Shown one piece after another: positions 24,702-35,661 of a DNA stretch of 64,000 nucleotides. The stretch comes from Sphaerodactylus townsendi. Its lineage: Eukaryota. The translations under genes were made by a program, and so were the position numbers. The number at the start of each line of letters is the position of its first letter. Position 1 is the first letter of the stretch. A model generated the notes under the pieces. The model made no database searches and had not been told where the DNA came from. It was given only the letters and a program-made list of their open reading frames with translations. The stretch spans positions 16,182,001-16,246,000 of the forward strand of contig NC_059425.1 of the NCBI RefSeq assembly GCF_021028975.2, read 5' to 3'.

Positions 24702-25061
24702 CAGAGTTGGGATCCAGCAGGTTCTCACAGATTCCCGAGAGTAGGTTACTAATTATTTGTGTGTGCCAAGAGGGAGTAACTAATTGGTGATTTTGCCGCA
24801 TGATTTTTGCCTTAGTTACGCCCCTCCTCTCAGCAGTAGCGCGCAGAACTTGAAGCAGCCTGCACCTGCATACATTCGTTTCATGCCCAAGGACCGGCGC
24901 AGTGACTGCGTCCTTGCCACAGCCCCGCCCAGGAATGCCCCGCCCCTGGAATGCCCAGCCATGCCCCTGTCGTGCCCCGCCCAGCCCCATTGGTGCTATG
25001 CCACAGTTTGAATCCCACCACCATGGGAACCTGTTACTAAAATTTTTGGATCCCACCACTG
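24702..25061. mobile_element. Second copy of the same hAT MITE in the PTX-B intron
   Basis: Same family with a different perfect TSD, AGTCTGAT, so an independent insertion. Confidence 0.9.
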
Positions 25062-25158
25062 AGTCTGATAGAGTAAAAAACCTAACATTTTTCAACATGC
25101 CTCGTGAAGTGCCCTTCAGGGCTTTCCTGCATATCCCTAACGGCTTTCCCCTCCTCAG

Positions 25159-25787
25159 ATCTCGAAAGGAAGGCGTTCGTTTTTCCAGAGGCATCAAAAA
25201 CGGCGCATGTGGTCTTGAAGCCCACAATGCGACGTCCGTTGACCAGTTTCACTCTGTGCATGAGGTTCCACTCGGCCCTGACCTGCGGCTACAGCCTCTT
25301 CTCTTATGCCACAAAGAGAAACCCCAACGCGATCCTCCTCTTTGTGAAGAAACCCAATCGATTCGATTTTTATTTGGGCGGTAAAGCGGTGCCTTCACGG
25401 TTGCACCAAACTATGTCAACAGCCATGCTGGGAGGCACATCTGCTTGAGTTGGGAATCTTCCACTGGCTTAGTGGAGTTCTGGATCAACGGTCAACCTCT
25501 GGTCCGGAAGAGCCTGAAGAAAGGCCATGCTGTCCCCACCGAGGCATCCGTTATCCTCGGCCAAGAGCAAGATTCCTTCAGAGGTGGCTTCGACATCAAA
25601 GAATCCTTCGTTGGGGAGATCACGGACATGTGGGATCGTGTTCTGTCTCCCGATGAAGTGGGCCAGGCCTGGTATGTTGACGATTTCCCTGGAAATGTAA
25701 TTAACTGGAAATCGTTAAAACTACAAAACCCAAGGTAATGTTATTGTGAAGCCCGCTCTGGCTTCGTTCTACAGAGCTCCTGGGTAG
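25159..25787 (+). pseudogene. PTX-B exon 2, pentraxin domain with frameshifts
   Basis: Acceptor ctcctcag|AT and DLERKAFVFPEAS start. A -1 nt shift near 25391-25393 gives a stop at 25446-25448. Also a 6-nt deletion near 25627 and a +1 A at 25717-25720. Corrected reading gives HICLSWES and ends YRAPG* at 25787. AATAAA at 25935-25940. Confidence 0.85.
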
Positions 25788-26062
25788 ACTTTGCAAAAAA
25801 AACATAAAACGGGCAAAAGCAATTTCCTCAACGTTGCTATATGATGGTTCTGCTAATGCTGCTCATTCTGTTGATTTCAGTCGTTCTCACCAAATGAGAA
25901 AGCTTCCATGAAAACTGTTGATTCTGCATCCTCCAATAAATTTTTAAAGTTTTGGTTGCTTCGTGTCTGTCCTGAATCTACTACTAATCAAGTCCATGTG
26001 GGGGATGGTGGCCTCAAGTTCTAGCATTGTGACATTTGTCCCACGGCATTAGAGGGAACAGA

Positions 26063-26556
26063 GGCCGTTTTCGCACAGCCACGTACATGAACGGTCCTGG
26101 TAACACACGAACGGTCCCGGTAACGAAAGGGAAGATGGCGCCGCGGAGCACCGTTGTCCTATCGAATTACCTTCTCTGTGACCATTTGGTGCATCGCCGA
26201 GGCCAGGGGACACGCCCCCCTGCCCTGTGCGACTGCTCCAGAGTTGCAGGGCAGGGGGGCATGTCCCCAGGCCTCGGTGACGCGCCGGACGGTCACAGAG
26301 AAGGTAGGTCGATCGGGCAAAGGGGGGAGGGATGGCACCTTCCAGACACTGCCGTTCGCACGGCAGCGGCTAGAAGCCGCTGTTTTCCCCAAACCTTGCT
26401 CGGGGAGCGATGTGGCAAAATGGCGGCTTCACGCCACTGGGGAGGAGCGAGGGCGGCGCGACTGCGAAGCAGCTGCGCCCCCCATGCGGACAGCTCCCTG
26501 GGGATGGCGTTTTTGCCGTCCCCAGGGCGCTGTATTTGGCCCGTGCGGAAAGGGCC
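26063..26556. mobile_element. CpG-rich MITE with ggcc..tt.cgcac terminal inverted repeats (PIF/Harbinger-like)
   Basis: ggccgttttcgcacagcc / ggcccgtgcggaaagggcc ends. Family assignment is inferred. Confidence 0.6.
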
Positions 26557-26588
26557 GGAGTATAAATAAAAAATGGTTCCATTGTAAT

Positions 26589-26724
26589 CAGTGGTGGGAT
26601 TCAGCCGGTTCACACCACTTCGGCAGAACCGGTTGTTAAAATGGTGCATGTAAACAACCAGTTGTTAAATTATTTGAATCCCACTACCAGAACCGGTTGT
26701 TAAATTATTTGAATCCCATCACTG
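26589..26724. mobile_element. hAT MITE
   Basis: Same family as 7658-7794, TSD attgtaat/gttgtaat. Confidence 0.85.
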
Positions 26725-27336
26725 GTTGTAATAACATGTTCCAAGATGCCAATGGTAGGTTTGTTTAGCCTCAGTTTGCCTTAAGGCTGTGCAGGACAGG
26801 GAAATGGATTTAACCCTTCAACCTCTACTTGGTTTTGCTTTCTTAGGGTCCAATCTGTGCTGTTCAGGCAACAGTAGCAGTCTGTCACTCAAAGGTGTCG
26901 ACAGTGGTAAAAGGCTAACCTTGTCAACTCTTGAGTTGGGAAATTCCTGGGGATTTGGAGGTGGAGCTGTGGATGTTTGGGGAGGGATCTCTGTGAGGTA
27001 TAATGAATAAGTTCACCCTCCCAAGCCACCATTTTCTCCAGTGGAACTGATGTATGTACTCTGAAGATTAGCTATAATTCCAGGACATCTCCAGTCCTCC
27101 TCCTCTTCCAATGTCTGAAACACAAATAGCCCAGGAACACAGTATCTAAGGTAACAGTTCTTGGGGCAGATAAGTATTGCCTATTATCTATCTAGTACAT
27201 TTTAATTCCATCTGCACGTCACCTAATAGCTGACTGGTCAAACCTCTCTGAAGGTATCTGGAAATGCAGAAAGAAACTAGGAAAGTAACTGGAAGAGAAA
27301 GAATTTTCCATACATTATATGACCAACAGCAGCACT

Positions 27337-27733
27337 TAAGAACATAAGAACAACATAAGAACAAGCCTGCTGGATCTGACCAGAGTCCATCTAGTCCAGC
27401 ACTCTGGTGCCTTTGGGAGCTCACAGGCAGGAGGTGAAAGCAATGGCCTGCTGCTGCTACTGCTGCTCCCGAGCACCTGGTCTGCTAAGGCATTTGCAAT
27501 CTGAGATCAAGGAGGATCAAGATTGGTAGCCATAGATCGACTTCTCCATAAATCTGTCCAAGCCCTTTTTAAAGCTATCCAGGCTAGTGGCCATCACCAC
27601 CTCCTGTGGCAGCATATTCCAAACACCAATCACGCGTTGCATAAAGAAGTGTTTCCTTTTATTAGTCCTAATTCTTCCCCCCAGCATTTTCAATGAATGC
27701 CCCCTGGTTCAATGAATGCCCCCTGGTTCTAGT
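27337..27733 (-). mobile_element. CR1 LINE 3' fragment
   Basis: (taagaaca)n tail and reverse complement of the CR1 3' end. Confidence 0.9.
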
Positions 27734-29059
27734 ATGTATTATTTACTCATGAGCTGTTACAGTGTGCCCTTCTAGCTGCTCTAACTTCTCTGGCCACATG
27801 ATACACTAGTTTTACCTACCATCTGTCTAGTATATTTTAGTTCCATCTGCCTTTCACGTATTGTCTAATCAGCCCGTTAACGTTCCTGCCTCATATCATT
27901 CAACCTACAGAGCCGCTCAAAAATGTCTTCAGGGGTTTTTCCAGCATTAAAGAGAAAAATCTAAATTTAAGGTACACGAGAGGACACCAGCCAAGAGTAG
28001 CTGCATCCTTCTGTCAACCCCTAGCCGGGCTTTAGTGTCTTTAAAGAAGTGGTTCTCAACCTTCCTAATGCCACGACCCTAGGACCCTGCAATTCTAGGA
28101 TCCTTTTCACAAGTGTGGCCGCCAAGCCCGGATCCCCCCCCCTCCATCCCAATTTCTGCATTTTATTCATTTTGTCTAAGTGCCGACCTTTCCGTTTGCC
28201 TTTTGTTAGCTTTGGAAAAGCTTTCAAATCTATCAAGGTCGTTTTGAATGTTATACAGTCCTCCTAAGCTGCTGGCTGTCTCTCTCAGGTTTGTGGCATC
28301 CACAGATCTGAGGGAACGTCCACTCGGTTTGAACTAGATGTGACATTTTTTTAACCTGCGGGTCCTCCTGACTTCTCATTGCCTGCACATAGTAGTTGTG
28401 TGAACCAGTTCTTTAGCACTGTAGGGGCCTGAATTGGTTTGGGCCCTTTATGCAGCCGGGAAGCTTGCGGGAGGGTTCAGCCTCCCGCTGTAACGTTCCT
28501 GGGGTCCAAAACAGAGATTAAAAGAATAAGGAGAAGTTCAACCAGTTTTAACCTAAGAAACACCTCCAACAAATTCAAACATTCTCAATTAACCAAATTG
28601 CCTACTTCAAGGTGTGACCTTAGGGAAGGTCTTCAAATTAACACACTAGATTATTATAAGGGAATATCCTGAAAGTATAAATGCTATCGCAACACCCTCA
28701 TTCCATTTTGTGAGGATGAAATGGAAGAGAGGGGAACAATGTAAGCCACTTCGGGGGAAAGATGAGACATAAACGAGGTAAATATATTTTTAAATTATTG
28801 AGCCAAGACCATCATTCTTTCACTTTTCATCCACCATTGATCTCATACTCAGTTTACTTGGGCATTTGAAAAATGAGCAGCAACACAGGAGAAACATAAT
28901 GGCAGTCAAGAAAGTTGAAAATCCCTTGAGACAAACTTCACCACCCTTGATGTACACATGTTCCATCTCACTGTTACCTCTGCTTTAAAAAAAAGATTTA
29001 GAGAGAGTATGGAAATCTTTACAGTCAAACTTGACACAAGCATACATACCACAGTCAGG

Positions 29060-29255
29060 CAGAGCTGGAGCGAGGGGAAACTGCGCCTGGGGCACTCATG
29101 CATCCTGCACCCCTGCCATGCCCTCACCATGCCCTGCCATGCCCCCATCCCCCCACCTGCTCCCACCATGCCCCGGAATGCCCTTGCCACCCCCCTGTCC
29201 TGGCACACGCCTGGGGGGTCGCACACACCCCTGGCCCCTTGGCGCTACGCCACTG
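29060..29255. mobile_element. GC-rich hAT MITE
   Basis: Ends gcgctacgccactg, perfect TSD CAGTCAGG. Confidence 0.8.
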
Positions 29256-29738
29256 CAGTCAGGAATTCTGGTACATACCCTTAATTCATCAAAAAATATA
29301 TTTCCCCAGTTTGCTTTATATCTTTCCAAGCATGTTACCTTAGAGTTAGAGCAGGGAGTGTGGCCTTAGAAATAAAGTCCACACAACTGACGTTTCGGAG
29401 AGAAATAGAAGTCCTTTATTGTCAGGGAACTATGTACCACAAGAGGAGAGGCTAAAAGAACGTTCTAGCTATCTATCCAGGCCAGGATGGAGATAGATTG
29501 CTTAGACAGCATCTTGCCCTCATAGCGGGTTAGACCAAGAAGGTGGAAGGGAAGGAGGTTAATTGGAAGGAAGGAGAATCCCTGAGGATAACAGAGTCTG
29601 GGGAGGAGGGAGGGAGTATTGTAAATGCAATGGGGTTACATCTGGGTTATCACCCATCTGAGTTATCACATCTGGCATTACTGATCTCCAGGCAACAGAG
29701 ATAAGTTCACCTGGAGAAAACAGCCCATTGGAAAGTGG

Positions 29739-29741
<3 letters not shown>

Positions 29742-29820
<79 letters not shown>
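29742..29820. repeat. (TCAA)n microsatellite
   Basis: Direct repeat. An inverted copy with the same flank lies at 39631-39800. Confidence 0.95.
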
Positions 29821-31289
29821 CTAATCAATAAGTCAATCAAACCTCTATTGGCATATTGACACCATGCCATAAAGTAAATAAAACCAGACTTAAAAATGAG
29901 ACACCTGGAAATCTTGTAACCTCATAGTGATTGAAAAGGACTTTGCCACAAACCAGTATCCAAAGGTCAACGATCCAGCGGCAGCAGTGACTAACCTCAG
30001 AAAGGTTAGTATAACTAGCAAGAAGTGAATCAATTATGGACTTGTGTAAATTGACATAGAAATCACAATGGAAAAGAACACGTGGAATACATTCAATGCT
30101 TTGGTTTCCACAGGGACATCATCTCTTTTGATCAGTTCCTGGGTCTTTCTCTGAGAAGACTGCAGAGGGAAGAACATTTAATTTGGCAAGCGTAAAAACT
30201 TATTGTGAGGAAGGTGGATTCAATGGCATTATATTCCACCGAAGTCCCTCCCCTCCATGAATCCCAGTTTCCTCAGGCCCCACCCCCTAATCCCCAGGTG
30301 TTTCCCAACCCAGAGCTGGCAAACCTAAAGAATGTGTTGTTGTCACAGAATGGCACACAGCTGAAGTTTGCCACCGATGGGATTTGGCTTCCCGGAATCT
30401 ATTCCACCTTCCTTTCCTCCTGCCTTAGTACTGGAACAGGCAAGGTGCCATTTTGACGGCCACCGCTCTGGTTTCAGGGCCTGACTGGAGTCAGCCTAAA
30501 GCACCCTTCCTTCCCACAGCTAATCCTCTCTTTAGTAGGGTTCCAAACCTCCAGATGGCACCTGGAGATCTGCTATTACAACTGATCTCCAGCTGACCAA
30601 TTTCAGTTACCCTGGAGAAAATGGCTGCTCAGGAAAGGGGACTCTATGGCAATATACCATGATGAAGTCCTTCTTTTCACCAAACCCCACCCTCTCCTAG
30701 GCTTCATCCCTAAACTCTCCAGGTATTTCTCAAGCCAGAACTGGCAAACCTAATCTTTGGTCAAGGTGTGCCCTGACATGCGGCCGCATTTGAGGCAGTA
30801 AGAACCTAGCGTGGGCGGAGCCCTGTTGTATTTCTATAGTTGGCTAAAGTGAAAACTGAGGCAGGATTTTCTAAAACAATATGAATGACAGGAGTGTCCA
30901 CTGGGACTAAGGGAGGTGCCTGAAGGATCACTGGATATATTGGGAGCCTGCAATAGGGGTGGTGATTTGATAAAACCAAATCACTTTAAACATCCCAAAA
31001 AAGTAATATTGGTTTTTTCGGGTTTTTAATTGACCAATAAGCCAAATAGCCATGGTGCCCCAAAAGCCGAACATGTTTCAGATTTTTCTGTGTGTTGAGG
31101 GAGAGCTTCAAATGAATACAGGACTCTTTTCCATCATTCAGTTGAAGCTCTCTCCACCATGGTTTCCCAGGTCTACGTGAAAAAGAAGAGCTTGCATTTA
31201 TACCCCAGCTTTTTCTCCTGTATGTAGTCTCAAAAGGGCTTGCAAACTCCTTCCCTTCCTCTCCCACAACAGACACCTTGTGAGGAAGG

Positions 31290-32735
31290 TGGAGCTGAGG
31301 GGGTTCTGAGAGAACTGAGACTAGCCCAAGGTCACAATACCAGAAGGATGGTATCCCGGAAGGTCATCCAGAAGACTTCATGTGCAGGGAAACAAATCTA
31401 ATTCACCAGAGAAAAATCTGCTGTTCATGTGGAGGAGTGGAGAATCAAACTCGGTTCTCCAGATTTCAGTCCACTGCTCTTAACCACCACATCACACTTG
31501 ACCTGGGAAATGGGAGTGCAGAGCTTCAACTGAATGCTGGCCTCCAATCCAACCTTCAGCTGAAGCTATCCCCCCTGTTGGTGGACATACATTATTAGCA
31601 GAGTTTAACAGATACCGAGTATGTGTTCCTGCATTGCAGGAGGTTGGACTTGATGGCCCTTGTGGTCTCTTCCAACTCTATGATGCTATGATACCAATAA
31701 AGACCCAGATACTAGTGAGTTGCTCAGTATAAAGGTTTGTTAGCTAAAAGGGCAGAGTAACCATCAAGAAAAACAATACTGCACTGTACGTGTGCTGAGA
31801 CAGCAGTAGCCAGAAGAATTCTGGCCCATCTCTTAACTCGGTAAATACTTTCAAGGAGCATATTGCTTGCTGTTTACACTTTACAACAATGTCAACAAAG
31901 TTGAGGACTATAATAAGAACAGCAGTTCCAAGGAAAAGACACATTTACTGACCTCAGACAGAGCTGCTTCCATTCCAGTTCCTAGCTCCCATATTGTCCT
32001 AAGCTGATCCTGTTTTTTGTCAGGAGTGGCACCTGCCTCCTTCCAACCTCAGACCAGGAGGCGCCAAGAGCCACATCTGGGCTAGGGGGAAATTGGTTTG
32101 GCTGGGGCGAGAGTGTGAATGCTGACTTTGTATGTAATCACCTGTTTAAATGTAATGGATCTTTTGTTCTGTATCAATGCACGTAGAAATGTAGATAACT
32201 AGGGCACCCCTGTTGGGCTCCGGATGGGACGAGGGAGGTCTGGACGCCATGGGGACAATCCGCCAGGAGGCTATCGCTGTGCCCTTGGGATTCTTGCTTT
32301 CCACAACAAAGTCTTTCACACCTCGTTGTTCCCACGTTCTCTGTACTGGAGGGAGGGGGGAGTTGGAGGAATCGGTAAGGGATAAAGGTTACTGTACAAG
32401 CCAGGATCTTTAGATTTGGCTTTCTGAAGCTGAGTGCCTGGGCCAACCCAATGAAGACTTCTGATTCCAAACTCTAGACCTAATATTGTTAGCCCCTTGA
32501 GTAGCTATTATTGACTAAGCTACGCCTACTTCTGGCTACATAGCAGCCACATTACGATTATATAAAGCATCAAGGTTATTTTTCAGCAACACAGTAGAGT
32601 TTCCTTTTAAAGGATGTCATTGAGGACTCAACTTTGATGTGGATTTTCAATAGAGGAGTAGTGAATTTAGCATTACAGCCAAGGACTTTTTGGCCAGATT
32701 ATGGATAAGCTGACTAAACAGCAATTAAGGGGTTT
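31290..32735. repeat. Upstream arm of a segmental duplication; inverted copy at ~56680-58320
   Basis: Long unique-sequence matches in reverse complement, e.g. aaccttcagctgaagctatcccccctgttggtggacatac. Confidence 0.9.
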
Positions 32736-32740
32736 TTTTT

Positions 32741-33200
32741 GTGTTGTCGAAGGCTTTCACGGCCGGAATCACTGGGGTGCTGTGTGGTTTCCGGGCTGTA
32801 TGGCCGTGTTCTAGCAGCATTCTCTCCTGATGTTTCGCCTGCATCTGTGGCTGGCATCTTCAGAGGATCTGATGGAAGGAATGGAAAGCAAGTGGAGTAT
32901 ATATACTGTGAGGTCAAAAGGTGAGGCCATCTGAATAGAGTAGCCTGGCATGTGAGTCACAGAGAAGTCTGTAGCATGGGAGTAACAATGAAGATAGCAA
33001 GGTCAATAGGTGAATGCATCTGAATAGAAGTATCCTGGTCTTTGTTCCCTTTGATTGCTATAGTCTATAGTTGTCCTGTGTTTGTGTGGAGCTGATCAGT
33101 CACTGTCTTGATTCTAGAGTTTTTCAACACTGGCAGCCAAATTCTGTTCAGACTACACAGAGAAGCCATTGACGAACAGAATTTGGCTGCCAGTGTTGAA
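32741..33200 (-). mobile_element. Penelope-like element 3' fragment with pseudo-LTR and minimal hammerhead motif (32824-32868)
   Basis: gtgttgtcgaaggctttcacggccgg terminus. Minus strand reads CUGAAGA-UGCCAGC..GCAGGC-GAAAC-AUC. An inverted LHREAI (GIY-YIG C-terminal) piece lies near 33150. Confidence 0.8.
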
Positions 33201-33618
33201 GAAATGTGACTAGTCCAGGGGTCTGCAGCCAATTGGCCATGCTAGCGGGGGCTGATGGGAATTGTAGTCCATGAACATCTGCAGACCCCTGGACTAGTCA
33301 AAGTTCACCCAGCAGGAATGTAGGAGTGCTGAAACACATCTGGTTCACCAGGTAAACCCCTGCCACTCAGGTGGAGAAGTGGATAATCTCCAGAATCTCC
33401 AGAATCCACCTGCCTGTAACCACAACAGGACGCTGGCTTTATTCAGTAAATAAATACTGAATAAAGTGCCTCACCCTTCTCAGTTCACGGGTATATTTTG
33501 GAAGGGCTCTTCAGCTCCCACTTCAGAATCGGCCTGTAAAGGGGACAAGACACTGAGCAACCCTCACGTCTTGGACGCTGCTCCATTTTTTACTTCGATC
33601 CCTCTGGAATTGGCCATC

Positions 33619-33682
33619 ATGCGGAAGATGCTCCTCTCTCTCCTCCTCCTCGTCAGCCTGGTGGGCTCTCTCGCTCTGGAAG
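33619..33682 (+). CDS. PTX-C exon 1, signal peptide MRKMLLSLLLLVSLVGSLALE
   Basis: 64-bp phase-1 exon, donor G|gtgggt. Confidence 0.92.
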
Positions 33683-33944
33683 GTGGGTATCATCACAGTA
33701 GGACAAGAGCCTCCACATGCTTCAGCCGAAGCATCTAGATTTGACTCCAGTAGAACATTAGATGCCAATAATAATTTAAGGGAACGAGCGTACAAGAGAT
33801 CTAGCAGACTCATAGAGATGGATTGTTGAAGGCTTTCACAGTCAGAATCAATGGGCTGTTGACAGTGTTGAGAGATTTCTGGTCCATGTGGCCGTAGTCT
33901 GGTAGGTTTTTTTGCTCCTAACATGATACCTGCATCTATACCTC

Positions 33945-34207
33945 ATAACCACATTAGCTTTAAAAGGGGCTTGGATAGATTTATGGAGGAGAAGTCAATT
34001 TATGGCTACCAATCTTGATCCTCTTTGATCTGAGATTGCAAATGCCTTAACAGACCAGGTACTCGGGAGCAACAGCTGCAGAAGGCCATTGCTTTCACCT
34101 CCTGCATGTGAGCTCCCAAAGGCATCTGGTGGGCCACTGCGAGTAGCAGAGAACTGGACTAGATGGACTCTGGTCTGATCCAGCTGGCTTGTTCTTATGT
34201 TCTTATG
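33945..34207 (+). mobile_element. CR1 3' fragment nested in a Penelope pseudo-LTR pair (33822-34447) in the PTX-C intron
   Basis: CR1 3' end with ttcttatg tail splits the gcatcta|tggctggcatctt pseudo-LTR. Confidence 0.85.
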
Positions 34208-34676
34208 GCTGGCATCTTGGGATGCATGTCAAGACAAGGTAAGATTATCTCTATGGTATGGTGTGGAGTGATTGTGTGGTGCGATACCTCTTTTGTGTAT
34301 CTCACTCTTCACCCATGTGTGAAAACAGAAACCCCATGACACAATCACGGGATGCACATCTTACCACGACACGCCTCTAAAGATGCCAAGACACCTTAGC
34401 CACAAAAACTACCAGATCAGGGCTACGTATCCTGGAAAACCCTCAGCTGCCCACACAGCTTCTGAAACTGAAAGCATTTTCCTTAAACAAAATTATGCAG
34501 TTTTGAGTTTCTGTCTGGAGATGTTTGTCTTGCTGGGAATGAGCCCTCTCCTCCCCCTCCCCATTTTCATGGTTGCATTTAATCCTTCTCGTCCACCCAA
34601 CAGCATGTGCTGTGTGCTATGAGGTGACTGGTTTGGTTGACTCTGCGACTGGGGGCCAGGCTAGGTTAGGCTAGTG

Positions 34677-34817
34677 CAGGGGTCTGCAACCTGCGGCTCT
34701 CCAGATGTTCATGAAGTACAATTCCCATCAGCCCCTGCCAGCATGGCCGATGCTGGCAGGGGCTGATGGGAATTGTAGTTCATGAACATCTGGAGAGCCG
34801 CAGGTTGCAGATCCTTG
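34677..34817. mobile_element. Palindromic hAT MITE in the PTX-C intron (same insertion as 61787-61927 in PTX-F)
   Basis: Perfect TSD GGCTAGTG. Same site and same variant TIR (atccttg) in PTX-F; absent in D and E. Confidence 0.9.
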
Positions 34818-35035
34818 GGCTAGTGGCAGAAGAATGTGGCCAGTTAGGCAACAGGTGGGTTGGAAGAGAATCCCTCTCTTGTTGGGGGGAAGGGAAATCA
34901 TTAATTCATTTGCCCTCTGAATTAATATATATTCTCAATCAGCAAGCAAATGTTTTTCACAAAAGACCCTCTGGGACATGACCTCTCTTGCAGAATGACA
35001 GTTTTGCCCAACCCTGATTCTCTTTCCCTCCGCAG

Positions 35036-35661
35036 ATCTGGAAGGGAAGGCATTGGTTTTCCCGGAAGCATCAGACACAGCCCATGCACGCTTGAACGTC
35101 ACGATCCAGCAGCCCCTGTCGAGCTTCACCCTGTGCCTAAGATACCTCACAGAAATAAAGCGCACCCAAACCCTTTTCTCTTACGCAAGCAAGAGGACTG
35201 ACAACGAGATAGCTCTCGACAGATACGATCTGGGTTACCAGCTTTATACACAGGGGCTTACCTATGCAGACTTCAAGGTTCCGGAAATATTAACCAGCAA
35301 CTCTCTTGGGGAGCACGTTTGCGTAAGTTGGGAGTCTGCCACAGGCTTAGCTGAGCTCTGGGTGAACTGGAGGCCCTTGGTCCGGAAGAGCTTGCAGAAA
35401 GGCCACTCCGTCATGGCTGAAGGATCCATTGTTCTTGGACAAGACCAGGATAATGTTGGAGGGGGCTTTAACATCAACGATTGCTTTGTAGGGGAGATCA
35501 CAGACGTGTACATGTGGGACCGTGTTCTGTGCCCCGACGAGGTGGTCCATGCCTTTCACAACCACCCTCTTCCAGGCTACCTGATCAACTGGAGATCACT
35601 GAGTTACAGCATTAAAGGCTATACCAAGCCTGCCTTGTTGTCTGCCTGCAGAACTGGGTAG
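35036..35661 (+). CDS. PTX-C exon 2, short pentraxin domain; spliced product 229 aa
   Basis: Acceptor ctccgcag|AT, HVCVSWES, DNE, GQDQDNVGGGFNINDCFVG. Open to TAG. Confidence 0.94.

Noticed and set aside
29333-29640. Possible solo LTR (TG start, minus-strand AATAAA); also 28420-28694
   Set aside because: No matching target-site duplication could be found.
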